A DNA stretch of 64,000 nucleotides from Chiloscyllium plagiosum (lineage: Eukaryota), in NCBI RefSeq assembly GCF_004010195.1, contig NC_057718.1, positions 36,715,717 through 36,779,716 of the forward strand, written 5' to 3'. This document shows positions 1-12,010 of the stretch, piece after piece. Position numbers and translations under genes: made by a program. The notes under the pieces were generated by a model that saw only the letters and a list, made by a program, of their open reading frames with translations, was not told the origin of the DNA and did no database searches. Within the stretch, counting starts at the first letter, position 1; each line of letters starts with the position of its first letter.

Positions 1-385
1 CTGCTGTAAGAATCCATCTCTGAGGCACTCCACAAGGTCTCTTTCTTGAGGTCCAATACCATCCTGATTCTCCCAGTCTACCTGCATGTTAAAATCCCCC
101 ATAACAATTGTAGTAACATCTTTGCGACAGGCCAATTTCAACTCCTGATTCAACTTACATCCGACTACTGTTTGGGGGCCTGTAGATGACTCCCAAGAGG
201 GTCTTTTTACCCATAGTATTTCGCAGCTCTCTCCACACTGACTCTACATCCCCTGACTCTAGGTCCCCCCGCGCAAGGGACTGAATATCCTCCCTTACCA
301 ACAAGGCCACCCCACCCCCTCTGCCCGTCAGTCTGTCCTTATGATAGCACGTGTAGCCTTGAATATTCATTTCCCAGGCCCTGTA
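1..385 (-). mobile_element. CR1-clade LINE ORF2 fragment (APE endonuclease), runs off the window start
   Basis: ORF 155..409 has GY..Y.KDR..GRGGGVALLV, ESVW.EL and GVIYRPP. An adjacent frame continues to IVMGDFN..VDW. Frameshifted. Confidence 0.9.
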
Positions 386-429
386 AGAGCATGCCCCTAT
401 AGCTTCCATTACATGTAAGCGTGCAACAC

Positions 430-805
430 TGTGAACCTGACAGACAATCCCAGAACTGGTTAGGACTGTTTCATGCTGCTATTATGCAGTATAACACTAT
501 TGGTGTTTTCCACTAACAGATGTTGCTGTCAGGCCAAAGGTATGTCCCTACCATCACTCACACGAAGATGTGGTGTATGAATTTGAGTGCCAGGTATGTA
601 GGCAGTAGATTCCAAAGAGTCATGGTTTGTATCATATCCCTTCACCTATTCACAACATTCAAAGTACTGACTATATCCAAATTGGGCTGAACTAACTGAA
701 AATTTCTTGGATACAATGTTTTGATTGACTCTTGACCAGGTGACTATAGCTTGTGTGGGGCCAGTGCAGCACAGAGCCAGCCATCCAGCCAGCAAAACAG
801 AAACA
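430..805 (+). mobile_element. Highly degenerate Penelope-like GIY-YIG region
   Basis: About 568-620 reads DVVYEFECQ..YVG, resembling the PLE (N)VVYEF.C.C...YVG motif. The rest is decayed. Confidence 0.3.
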
Positions 806-822
806 TCAAAAAAACCTCTCAC

Positions 823-910
823 TGTGATTCATAATCTGTCTCATGTATGGAGGTACTAGAAAGTCTTCAGTAACAGGGATCGGTCTTCCATTCATCTTTC
901 TCCAGAAATC
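823..910 (-). other. Candidate exon (88 nt) of an unidentified minus-strand gene
   Basis: ttttattcctccttcaaaacag|GAT...CACA|gtgaga; one open frame, DFWRKMNGRPIPVTEDFLVPPYMRQIMNH. No homology recognised. Confidence 0.3.
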
Positions 911-2791
911 CTGTTTTGAAGGAGGAATAAAACGCATTTGAAGATAATGAAAGGATGAAATTTCAAACAGTGAATGAGACAGAGCATCAGTATACAAATT
1001 GTAAACACTAGAGCACTAAAACATATTGGAAGAAACGAAAGGAAACATCAAATCCAGTGGTTCAGACTCATGCTATCAAACGGTTTTCCTTATTTCTTTG
1101 TCCACCCTTAGTATGCACAGCTTGCTTTTCCTCCTCTGTCTGTGAGGAGCACAATTTGAAAACGGGCAGGGTTGAACTTAAAGTTATAAGTTAACAATAC
1201 CTAATTACATTCAGGAAATATGAAAAGATGATTTACTAGTAATAAACAGTTATTTTCTGAAATGCCTCGTTAGTGTTTTCTTTTCATCAAAGTTTCTAGT
1301 TGAAGTAAATGGGGGACTTTGGTTAGTTTAACTAAATCTTTCCACATTTGTGCAGACTCTAGGAATAGAGGGGTTCAATTTTCAGCACTACTCCAGTAAG
1401 TCATGGCAATAAGCTGACAGTATTGCAGGCCCCATAATGCCAATATTATCTTCGGTGTCTTGATACATATAACATTTTGACCTAAAAAGGATATGACAAA
1501 AATTAAAAATTGGTATATCCTGAAATGAAAACATCCGCATGGATCACAGATTTGCATGCCTGAATATTCCCTGACCTAAAATCATGAGGCTTTATCAAAA
1601 CAAATCTATATAAAACAATAAACCAAACAAAATGAAATTGTACCTTTCAAGCTTTACTGCTTGGAACAATCCTCTAGTACCTTTCATTCCCATCCTTCTT
1701 TTCAAGTGTACAGGGACGGCCGCAACTGCTGTTTTATTTTACAAGTTTGTTCACTGTTTATTATTCTTGAGAAACTAATTTTGCTAAGTTTTCTTTATCC
1801 AGTCATTCTGACTTCGTTTTCAACATATTTCTAGGAAGGCTCAATTAAATTTATGTAGCAATTTCTAACATACATAAAAGCCTTAGGATAATCTGACAAG
1901 TAGCCGACATTACATCCTATGCATGTATTATTTATGGAAATGAAAGTATTTTTCAAACAGATGAATTATGAACTCATAGTTAGATACAATCAATAAATTT
2001 AACAGCACTTTCAAAATATAATGTTTGAAAAAGTCTTTGGATAGGAACTTGTAGTATTGCAGTAATAGTCTGAACATCTGAGCAGCAATTAGTATAAATT
2101 AGTACAATTCTCCAACATTATCTCTATTACCAAAATAAAAGTCTCCACTTACAAACAGTTCCAAAAGCAATGAAACAGAGCAAGTTGTCACAGAAATGCA
2201 TTTTTCATTACATTAAAGTTCTGCTCCATTGGGCATTATGTTTTATTGCCAAATTACAATTTAATACCAAGACTTTGCTCAAAGTATCAACAGCTGAATT
2301 TTTGCTGGTTAACTCTCTTAAGTGCCACAAGAATATAGTTAAGTAATTTTGTTACTTTTGTAGAATGTTGCAATAAGCTAGACTTTAGGCCACCTCTATA
2401 CTTGGCAACAGTAGCAAATAGATGAAATAAACAAATTTCATAGTCTATAGTATGCATTTTTAAAATTAGAAACATGCATTTTAGCGGCCTGTCGAACATT
2501 AGCAGGCTTCAATTGAGCTTACAAAAATCTACATACAATGCGTACACAGGGCCATTAATTCGAACAAGCTCCTCACAGATAAATTTACTTAGAGGGACGG
2601 ACGTGAAGGTTTCTTGATTCTAGCAAGGCTATATTAATCAATCAATCCCAAAAACCTAACAAAAAAAATTGATGAGAAGAAAACTCTCCATCCTCTTCCA
2701 TTTTTCATCTCCACTGGCCCCCAAACTCAAAAGATTCAAGCATATACTCAGTTGAAAATCTTTCAATACTTGAAATAAAACATATTCTTAC

Positions 2792-2852
2792 CACAATTGC
2801 TGGAGACAAAGTCAAGCTGTGTAGCCATTGAACCAGCTTTGTAAAAAAGTAT
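2792..2852 (-). other. Candidate exon (61 nt)
   Basis: cattcttttccccttgaaatcag|ATAC...TGTG|gtaaga; strong donor, two open frames. Confidence 0.3.
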
Positions 2853-4158
2853 CTGATTTCAAGGGGAAAAGAATGAAACTTCTGGTGGTTATAACAGTTG
2901 CATGTGCTTATTTTGAACCACTTCTATGCATATTAATTATAAGGTAGAATCTCCAAGAAACGTATAACAGGAGAGTTACTGGGATGAGTTGTACAGAAAA
3001 GGAACAAAGGTTAAAATGAATGAGTGAAATGTCGGCTAACAGAGGTGTGGCAGTTGGAACCTGACTGTACTACGTCATGTAATTAAGACTTTGGCAAACA
3101 AAGTTTCCTACATTCAAAACTACAGATAGACTTAACCTTTGTAAGAGTAAGAGCTAATCGGACTGATTTATATGAAAGGCCTCGAAAAGCAAGAGGTCGC
3201 ACAACATGTAATCAATGATATTACAAACTGTAACGCACAGAGAGCAATCAACAAACACAATGTGCTGCAGTCTTTCCAATAGGTCAGGAGCTAGTTCAGA
3301 AGGCTCAAAGCAAAATTTGAGTACAACAAAATAAAAACTGTTCACTTGTAACAACTTAACTAAAAGTTAGAGAAATTAGTTTATGCTCAAAATGAATAAC
3401 ATATTTTGCAATTTTAATAAAACTTACTTCATAATTTCTAGCCAAGTTTTTTTTAAGATAAACTACAATAGCAAACTAAAACTTTAATTTCTACGCCATT
3501 GTAATAATCTGAAGGTTACCCAAAGTAAACGCAGCAATTTTATTTCTAATAGAAACCCTGTCCAGATTTAGTCTTGCCCTTTTGTCACCACTTTCCAAAT
3601 TCCACTTCCGAAAATCCCCAACTGTCTATAGAAACACTTCTGGTGTGAAGACTGGGTCATTTATTCGATATTGTCCACATACATTATTAGCAATAAATGT
3701 ATTACGGCTATAGATTTTGCAGCAAGAATTATCACAAGGCTATCAGCACTAAAGAAGAAATGAAACAGCAACTTCCAGTTCACACATGCACAAAGACAAA
3801 TCACTAAGTGTCCAATCTGCCCCTTTCCTCCACAAGTTTAACTTGAGTGAGAGGCTCAGCACTCAAATATAAAATAGTGAAATTGGCGTACAGGTAGTTC
3901 TCCTATAACCTGTTAGCTGCATTCCAGTGAAACCTCATTTAATAGAAAATCAGTCAATATAAACAATGGGGCCTATGGAAAAAGTGTGGTGTAGGGGCAG
4001 ACCAGCATAAAACATCACTCAGTCACTTAAAAATCACCCAAAAGCCTAAAGCAAAGTACAACACAGCCTGAATGAAGGTTGAAATCATAGTTATTAACGA
4101 AATAAAAATAAATTTACCACATTTCAAAAATGTAAGAAATCTGTTCAGTGTATAGTAC

Positions 4159-4260
4159 CTCTCACAGCATTGATACATGCACAGAATGGCGCAGAGACTT
4201 CAGCGTGGACATCGGCACATGCGCATAATGAAACGCGAGCCGATCCCCGCTGGAATGAAG
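4159..4260 (-). other. Candidate frame-preserving cassette exon (102 nt), CpG-rich and hairpin-forming
   Basis: tcttatttctttgcaatag|CTTC...GAGAG|gtacta; open in phase 1 (SFQRGSARVSLCACADVHAEVSAPFCACINAVR); inverted repeat 4199-4254. Confidence 0.4.
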
Positions 4261-4361
4261 CTATTGCAAAGAAATAAGATTCTCAAAACTACCAATCCCT
4301 AATTCTTCAGCGACATTATAGTCAAATCGCGCCACCGAAATGCGCATTATCCCAGAACTAC

Positions 4362-4372
4362 CTGCACATATC
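4362..4372 (-). other. Candidate 11-nt microexon GATATGTGCAG
   Basis: ctttctcatgttttgtgggtatctacag|GATATGTGCAG|gtagtt, separated from the 102-nt candidate by a 101-nt intron. Confidence 0.25.
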
Positions 4373-5219
4373 CTGTAGATACCCACAAAACATGAGAAAG
4401 ACTGCCATTTAAATATAGGTACTGTTTTAAACACTGTGCTAAGCCTCAACTACATACCCAAGCAAAACATACTGAAACAAGTGTAGATTTATACCTTCAG
4501 ATTTTAATTATTATTGCAGACTTTGGGAAAAAAAATCTCCTTTATCTGCCAAACTTATCTTTCTATCTCTATTTAAATCTCTGCACTTGATTTTACATTT
4601 AATTGAATATTTTAACTTGTACCTTCTGGTTTAGACTCTGCATGCTTCAGTCAAAATGTTTTGAGAAGATACTGTAGCTTGCCTAGTTCATACAAATTCC
4701 TGATCTCTGCATAATCCCTTCAAAAAGAGGGCATCATACGACATTGACAGGCTGATACAGAAATTATATGGGCAAGTGATTTCCACTGATAACAAAGATC
4801 TCTGTTCTTGTTAAGGAACAGTTTTCACAAAGATGGAGTCATATAACATGGTCTCTAAACAATTAAAATCCTGGCACTGCAACGAGAGTGTTCAATGTAT
4901 CTTATCAGGGAACGGGCATGATCATCTATCAGCGACAGGCATCATCAATAATCCTACATCCAGGTTAATGATCTAACTAAATTTAATTACATATATATTT
5001 TGAGTATTCTTTTCTCAGTTTTCCATTCCTCCACCCATATTCCCAAATGTTCTCAGCTAGTCCAACATAGCTATCAATTTTAGTCCATAGTTAACCATCA
5101 GGAAACAAAAAACTGTCCTACATGGCTGATACCTTAGCTTTTCTTTCCTTCCTTAAAACATTTAATTTTAAGAAAAATTATGAACAAGCAGTACAGTCAC
5201 AACATTGGCCTTTTTGCAA

Positions 5220-5825
5220 GGTTACTATGCCCTTGAGCTTTTCTCCCTGGGGGAGGGGAGATAATTGGTCAAGTTTCAATTAGGCTGGGTTTGAAAGGTT
5301 TATTAGGAACCTTTTTGTTTACCCCTAACAGATAATGCCGCCAGCCCATGATTTTCATATCTTTAAAAAATACCAGTATAATCAAGGGGGAGTGCCAGCT
5401 AGCCTTTGTTTAGATTAGTTTTTGATTCAGTTCAGCTGCAGTGTGTGAAGGCAGGCTGCTGGGGCAAGTTCAGCCGGGTACACTCTCTTCAACACCAAGC
5501 CTGTAAGCCCTGGTTGGTTTTATTTTTACTGTGCTAAGGGATGTTTATTGGGACTGTTGCAAGTATTTTCGGTACAGCATCAGTCAGTCAAGATAATCTA
5601 TTGGGTTTTATGCATAGGTTAAGTTGTCCAGTATTCTATTTTCTGTTCTTTATGTTTCATTCTGTGATATTATAAATAAATTCTGTTTGTTTAAAACTTG
5701 GCAATCGGATCAGCTAATTCACTCTAGGAATATTCACCTATACACTTACCTAAAACAAGTAGCAAACTTACGGCCTGAACTACCTGCTTAAAAATGTTTT
5801 GAGGGGTGGGACCTGGTCCATAACA
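5220..5825 (+). mobile_element. Probable solo LTR
   Basis: Ends ...ggtccataACA, has an internal AATAAA (~5676) and LTR-like composition. The 5' end is degenerate and no clear TSD is seen. Confidence 0.45.
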
Positions 5826-6229
5826 GTGCCAATTCAGAGGTGGTGAATGGTGCTCATTTGAAGCTTAAGTACACAAGATTGCAAGTACATGCAAGTTCTC
5901 AGGTTAGATTAAACTTCAGGAAATCGGTTTTAACACCATCACAAGCAGATTTATAGATGGCCAGCCAAATATTTACAGTACGTTGCGTTTCTAGTATCTC
6001 AAAGACTCCAGTTTGAGCCAAATAACTAACTGATTTAGAACAGAATTGAAGGCTAGAGGGACAAAGGTAAAGAACAAACATTAAAATCAAATCTACGATC
6101 ATACCTCACTATTATGACTGACGAAATGAATTCAAGTAGAAAGCAGGATTAACTATTGGAAGTTACAGAACAGTTAACCTGGAGAGTCACAATTTGGAAA
6201 CTGAAGAACACTTTCACATTATCTCAGAA

Positions 6230-6810
6230 GAATCACAGAGGCTGTCCTGACACATCTTATTATACATAATTTTCAAATCCCCAAAGTAAATCTGTTTTAC
6301 TTTTTAAAATTCTTAAGAGGATGAGAAGTCGACAACAATCTTTGTAATGGACATATGACAGAGCAGGTACAAACTCAGCTGGACAGACAGAACAAAAATA
6401 AGTAGCTAATAAGAATAAAATTGCAAAATCAAAAGGATTGCGAAATACAGTTAAGGAGAGGGAACGATAGCCAAATATGTACAATGAAAATGAAGAGCAG
6501 ACAGTTTTGCCCTGGCAACAATTGAAAGAGAAATTGAAAGGGAAAACAGAAAAGGAAGAGCAACAATTAAATGGGTGGATAACAACGAGGCATATACTGA
6601 AGGCAGCTGAAAAAAAGATAAAGAGCAAGATAATACCTGTAGCTGCACTAAGGTTATGGTGGCTAAAAGTGAAAAAAATTATGTTCTTAAACAAATATAA
6701 TAAATAGGAGCAGGTGGTGGCCATCTGGCCCCTTGAGAACCTCCACCATTCAATAAGATCGTGGCTGATCTTTTCATAGACTGAGCTTCACTTACCCACC
6801 TGTTCATATG
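6230..6810. mobile_element. Degenerate CR1 fragments (plus-strand ORF2 linker, then minus-strand 3' tail at ~6705-6810)
   Basis: ORF 6477..6707 W..LK...W.T..I...KK pattern; aataggagcagg..ggccat..ggcccc is a reversed CR1 3' end. Confidence 0.45.
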
Positions 6811-6964
6811 ACAGTGCATCTTCATAGAAATTAATTCAGCTCCCTCAAATGAATTAACTCAGTAAATAATTCATGCTAACTCTGCATATAGTTTATGAAC
6901 GGTCTTTGCAGTGCACCCTTAATTGTGGGTGAATTGGGGGTTGCAGTGTAAGGGAGGAGGAAGA

Positions 6965-7460
6965 CAGGTGATGACATAATGGTAAATGTCAGTAACTTAG
7001 ACTGGGAGGTTCAAATTCCACTATAACTGATGGTAAAACTTAAATTCTATAAAAATATGGAATAGAAAGCTGATCCAATGGCAACCACATAATCACTATC
7101 AATTGTCATTATAATCCACCTGATTCATGACTGCACTTCAGAGAAGGAAATCTGCCATCATTCATTGCTCTGGCCTATATGTGACTCTAAGATAGTTGAC
7201 TCTCAACTGCTCTAAGGAGAAAGTGAGGACTGCAGATTCTGGAGATCAGAGCTTAAAAATGTGTTGCTGGAAGAGCGCAGCAGGTCAGGCAGCATCAAAG
7301 GAACAGGAGAATTGACGTTTCGGGCATAAGCTTATGCCCGAAACGTCAATTCTCCTGTTCCTTTGATGCTGCCTGACCTACTGCGCTTTTCCAGCTACAC
7401 ATTTTTAAGCTCTCAACTGCTCTGGGCAACTAGGAATAAGCAATAACTTTCACGTCGCAG
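6965..7460 (+). mobile_element. SINE family B (B-box-like head, tail shared with LINE family B), interrupted by a PLE hairpin insert
   Basis: ggttcaaattcc head and gaaggaaatctgcc..gtgactc..ctctcaactgc..gggcaactagg..gcaataa body, homologous to 29508-32110 and 14600-14910. Confidence 0.7.
7214..7410. mobile_element. Palindromic insert of two head-to-head PLE termini
   Basis: Near-perfect ~80-bp arms centred at 7330/7331 (ataag|cttat); TSD ctctcaactgctct at 7200-7213 and 7410-7423. Confidence 0.9.
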
Positions 7461-7492
7461 AAACAAAAAAATTCAAAATTTTGGAAGCTATT

Positions 7493-7806
7493 GGCAGCAC
7501 GGTGGCTCAGTGGTTAGCACTGCTGCCTCACAGCTACAGGGTCCCAGGTTCGATTCCAGCCTTGGACGACTGACTGTGTGGAGTTTGCACATTCTCCCCG
7601 TGTTTGCATGGGTTTCCTCCGGGTGCTCCGGTTTCCTTCCACAGTCCAAAGATGTGCAGGTCAGGCGAACTGGCCATGCTAAATTGCGCATAGTGCTAGG
7701 TACATTAATCAGAGAGAAACGGGTCTGGGTGGGTTACTCTTCGGAGGGTCAGTGCGAACTGGTTGGGCCGAAGGGCCTGTTTCCACACTGTAGGGAATCT
7801 AATCTA
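7493..7806 (+). mobile_element. HE1-type V-SINE (tRNA-derived), full length
   Basis: A box tggctcagtggtt, B box ggttcgattcc, V-domain gtggagtttgcacattctcccc...tttcctccgggtgctccggtttcc, CR1-like tail gggcctgtttccacactgtagggaatctaatct. Confidence 0.92.
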
Positions 7807-7829
7807 TCGACTCTAATATATTTCCTGGG

Positions 7830-8060
7830 AACAACAGAAAACAATGGACAAGGGCCCAAAAGGAGCAAACAAAAAAGTACCTACAAGTTTGATTAATGAG
7901 ATACATTTTAAGAAGCGTCTTAAAAGAGAAGGGAGAAATGTCAAGGTTTATAGGGAGATTTCAAGAGCTTGGGATGGATAACTGATAGTACAGCCATCGA
8001 TGGAAAGGACAAGGAAATCAGGGATACCAAAACAATTAGAATTACATTAATGCAGAGCTT
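7830..8060 (-). mobile_element. Degenerate L2-like 3' region
   Basis: ttttaagaagcgtcttaaaagag..tttatagggagatttcaagagcttggg resembles the reverse complement of the tail at 27840-28115. Confidence 0.4.
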
Positions 8061-9067
8061 CAATTGCTGCAATTATTTAAGCACATACAAGCAGTACCTC
8101 TAACACTGACAGGTGGACAAGATGGGAGAAATCAATTAAATATGTCTGCAAAAATAGTGTTTATGAACCTTGGCTTCAACCTCCCCAACCAGCTTTGGGT
8201 TTATTAATAGATTATTGAGCTGAAATACAGACTCGTGAATGAACGGAAATTCTCAATATTACACAATTATATAACAGTATGGAATTTAAATGCATTTCCC
8301 ATTTTCTAAATACTTTGTTCACATATTAAACATTGAAGAACATCCTCATAATTCTGCACATAAACATATTTTTGTGACCGAAGGATATCAATTCAAGTGT
8401 TTGATGTTCAAGTTTAACTTGATACTGTTCATTTACTGATTGCAGATTAATAATCAGCTTTTTTCTGGCTCAAGAGAAACCATCACCATCATGCAAACAT
8501 ACTCATCACGCAAACATAATCATCACCTACACTCCATGGTTAAAGGAAAGTAGAAAGTTGAGCTTGTCTTAGACCCAAGTGACCCACATGACCTCATCAT
8601 GGCATTTAATGTTTCACACAGTGCTCGAGAGTATCAACAATAGAGAAATATTATTAGTAATCAAATTAACAAAATAATTACTCACATTTTAATAGATTCT
8701 ACAATACTCAGTTTCAAAAGCACACATTCAGGCAATCACTTTATAATTCACCAGTCTCAAATGTTTTACTTCTAGAATAAGCTTGAAACCTAAACCAGCA
8801 GTTAAACATTGTTCTTTCACAGCCCTCCCAATATATTTTAACACATCATTCCTCTACCTTTCTAGCAGGCCTTATTTTTGTACCTGTCTCTTATTAATTA
8901 TGTCTGAAGCCATTAAAAACGAATCAGCCAATGTTAAGGTAATTACGATTTTTAAAATTTCATTCATGAGATGTGGGCATCTCATTCTCGGTTCCTAAAT
9001 GCTTTTGAAAAGATGATACTCAAGCTACCTTTCTTGAACAATGATAGTTTGGTGAAAGCATTCTGCA

Positions 9068-10325
9068 TTAGTGATGCTGGAAAAGCACAGCAATTCAGGC
9101 AGCATCCGAGGAGCCGGAAAATCGACATTTCGGACAAGTCATGGGGACAGTGCTGAGCTGGAAGTTTGGAATTGGGGTGAGGTGGGGGAAGGGGAAATGA
9201 GGAAACTGGTGAAGTCCACATTGATGCCCTGAAGTTGAAGTGTTCTGAGGCGGAAGATGAGGCCTTTTTTCTCCAGGCGTCAGGTGGTGAGGGAGCGCCG
9301 GTGAAGGAGGCCCAGGACCTCCATGTCCTCGGCAGAGTGGAAGGGGGAATTGAAATGTTGGGCCACAGGGCAGTGTGGTTGATTGGTGCGGGTGTCCCAG
9401 AGATGTTCCCTAAAGCGCTCTGCTAGGAGGCGTCCAGTCTCCCCAACGTAAAGGAGACCGCATCGAGAGCAACGGATACAATGGATGTATAGGTAAAACT
9501 TTGATGGATGGGGAAGGCTCCTTTAGGGCCTTGGATGGAGGCGAGGGAGGTGGAGTGGGCACAGGTTTTGCAATTCCTGTGGTGGCAGGGGAAGCTGCCA
9601 GGACGGGAGGGTGGGATATTGGGGGGCGTGGACCTGACCAGGTAGTCACGGATGGAACCGTCTTTGCAGAAGGCGGAAAGGGGTGGGGAGGGAAATATAT
9701 CCCGAGTGGTGGGGTCTGTTTGGAGGTGGCAAAAATGTCGGCAGATGATTTGGTTTATGCGAAGGTTGGTAGGGTGGAAGGTGAGCACCAGGGGGGTTCT
9801 GTCCTTGTTACAGTTGGAGGGGTGGGGTCTGAGGGCGGAGGTGCGGGATGTGGACGAGACGCGTTGGAGGGCATCTTTAACCACGTGGAAAGGGAAATTG
9901 CAATCTCTAAAGAAGGAGGCCATCTGGTGTGTTCTGTGGTGGAACTGGTCCTCCTGGGAGCAGATCCGGCAGAGGAATTGGGAATACGGGATGGCATTTT
10001 TGCAGGAGGTAAGTGTAATCTAGGTAGCTGTGGGAGTCGGTGGGTTTGTAAAAAATGTCGGTGTCAAATCAGTCATCATTAATGGAGATGGAGGGGTCTA
10101 GGAAGGGGAGGGAGGTGTCAGAGATGGTCCAGGTAAATTTAAGGTCAGGGTGGAATGTGTTGAAGTTGATGAATTGCTCAACCTCCTCACGGGAGCACGA
10201 GGTGGCGCCAATGCAGTCAGCAATGTAGCAGAGGAAGAGGTGGGGAGTGGCGCCGGTGTAATTACGGAAGATGGACTGTTCTACGTAGCCAAAGAGACAG
10301 GCATAGCTGGGGCCCATACGGGTGC
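9068..10325 (-). mobile_element. Penelope-like element (Neptune-like), 5'-truncated: RT C-terminal half, Cys-rich linker, GIY-YIG region and terminus
   Basis: ORF 10069..10317 MGPSYACLF..YIAD(RYIDD)..FHPDLKFT..LPFLD; ORF 9423..9923 PLVLTFHP..FPC...CKTC; frameshifts. Confidence 0.9.
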
Positions 10326-10339
10326 AAATCGAGAATATT

Positions 10340-11150
10340 TTAGTATACCGCTGACTTATGCTTTGCAGATGGTAGAAAGGCTTTCATAATAAAGAGGTTA
10401 ATTACTTGAGAGTGTATTCCCAGCCTTCATCTTCTCTTGTAACCATAGTCAGTCAAGTTAAATTTCTATCCAAACGGACAGGTTAAGTGGATTGGCCATG
10501 CTAAATTGCCCATACTATCCAGTTATGTGTAGGATAGGTGGATTAGAAATGGGAAATGCAGGATTACAGGATAGGTAGACGGTTGAGATACTCTTCAGGA
10601 GGGATCAATAATGACTCAATGGGCCAAAAGGCCGGCTTCCACACTGTAGGGATTCCTGTTCTATGATTACGGTCAACACTAACATCATCACGTTGATGGT
10701 GAGAGATTCAATTATGGTAATGCTGATGAAATCAAGAGAAGATGATTGGATAACCTCTTGTTCCCACACACATAGTCTGGCACTTGTGCGATACAAATGC
10801 TATGTACCATCTATCAGCCCAAATCCGAATGCTATTCAAGGGCATATGGGCACAGGCTGCTACATTACTTGGAGTTCCCAGTAGACTAAGCTAGTACATC
10901 CATCAGTATACATCTCAATTGATTACTTTGTGATGACTGGAAAAATCGTTAGCGATGCAGCTGAAAACTGTTTTGGGAAACACCCTGGGCTTCGACATTT
11001 GGGTTCCAATCACTGCAAGCATCTTCCTTTTTGCTGGTAGGACATGACTTAATGGGAGTTCCTCCAACTCAGTTTCCATTTACTTTCAATTTCATTGGGA
11101 CATTTTGATGCCACTTTCAGTCAAATGTCACATTTATATCATCAAGGGCA
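10340..11150 (-). mobile_element. Degenerate LINE family B fragment with a V-SINE 3' part (~10478-10660, plus strand) inserted
   Basis: Similar to the reverse complement of 35330-36255; the insert reads ggttaagtggattggccatgctaaattgccc...ttccacactgtagggattc. Confidence 0.55.
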
Positions 11151-11469
11151 GTCCAAAATGTTCAAGGGATTTGCATGTCAGAGGCTAAATGCTCATTTAC
11201 TGACCCTCCTTAATTGCTCAGGGGCAGTTAAGAATCCACCACATTCTGGGGAACTGTGAAGCAATTCACTTTAGATTGGTAGAAAAGAAAGTTTTTGTTT
11301 TTAAATATAAACTATTGAATATTGAATGCCCTGGTACGAGAAACACAGTCAAAAGATAAATGTGCTTTGTCTGTGCAGAGAATGTTCCTACCTCTAGACC
11401 AGAAGATCCAGGTTTAAGGCCCCCTGCCCTGGCATGACTGAACAGATCAATTTTCTTTTTAAACTGAAA

Positions 11470-12010
11470 GGAAGGGTTTAAAATAAAAGTAATAAAATGT
11501 TGCTGCAACTGTACAGGTTTTTGATGGTACCACAGCAGGAGTACTGTGTATACTTCCAATTGCCATACAAGTGAGGGGGAAGTTGAATGCAGTTTCACTG
11601 GATTGATTTCTGGAATGTGGGAGAAGGAAGTCTTCCCCTCACCCCAGAATTTACTAGAGGGCTACTGAGTGTGTGGTGAATGGCCCAAAAATGAAGACAT
11701 TTTTTAAATGGAGATTAAATAGGATGTTTCTTTACTCCCTACAATTTAGAAAAATGGAAACTTGTAAGACCCTGATTTTGCTCACCAGAATTAATGAGAT
11801 GTTGAGAGCCATTTCCTCTCGTTACCATGTTTAGAATCAGGGAGCATAACCTCAGGATAAGGAGACCAACATTTTTATCTGAGATGAGAAAAAAATCCTT
11901 CACACAAAGGGCTGGAAATATTTTAAAAGAATGGTATACATTCAAGGCTGACATCAACAAATATTTGCCTTCTAGGGGAAGTAAGGAGTTCTTGTGGCAT
12001 TGTGGGTTGA
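11470..12010 (+). mobile_element. Degenerate CR1 3' region
   Basis: ORF 11827..12015 R.R.H.LRI...F.SEMRK.SFTQR...W matches the CR1 ORF2 C-terminus pattern. Confidence 0.55.

Noticed and set aside
4199..4254. pre-miRNA or SECIS element
   Set aside because: The stem is short and bulged for Drosha, no mature miRNA is recognised, and there is no correctly spaced SECIS ATGA/AA/GA core.
5977..6052. Exon candidate LQFCSKSVSYLAQTGVFEILETQRT (also 26245-26273)
   Set aside because: One splice site is weak in each case and no homology is recognised; too little support to list.
7214..7410. MITE of a DNA transposon
   Set aside because: The arms match the termini of coding PLE copies, and TSD lengths vary from 14 to 20 bp across copies.
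7493..7565. tRNA gene
   Set aside because: A and B boxes run straight into a V-domain and LINE-like tail, so it is a SINE head.
8530..8556. U12-type branch point (minus strand ttcctttaac)
   Set aside because: Imperfect match to TCCTTAAC and no U12 donor was found.
9410..10389. Dense overlapping ORFs on both strands (also 55233-56544)
   Set aside because: Explained by GC-rich, frameshifted PLE sequence and its antisense frames.
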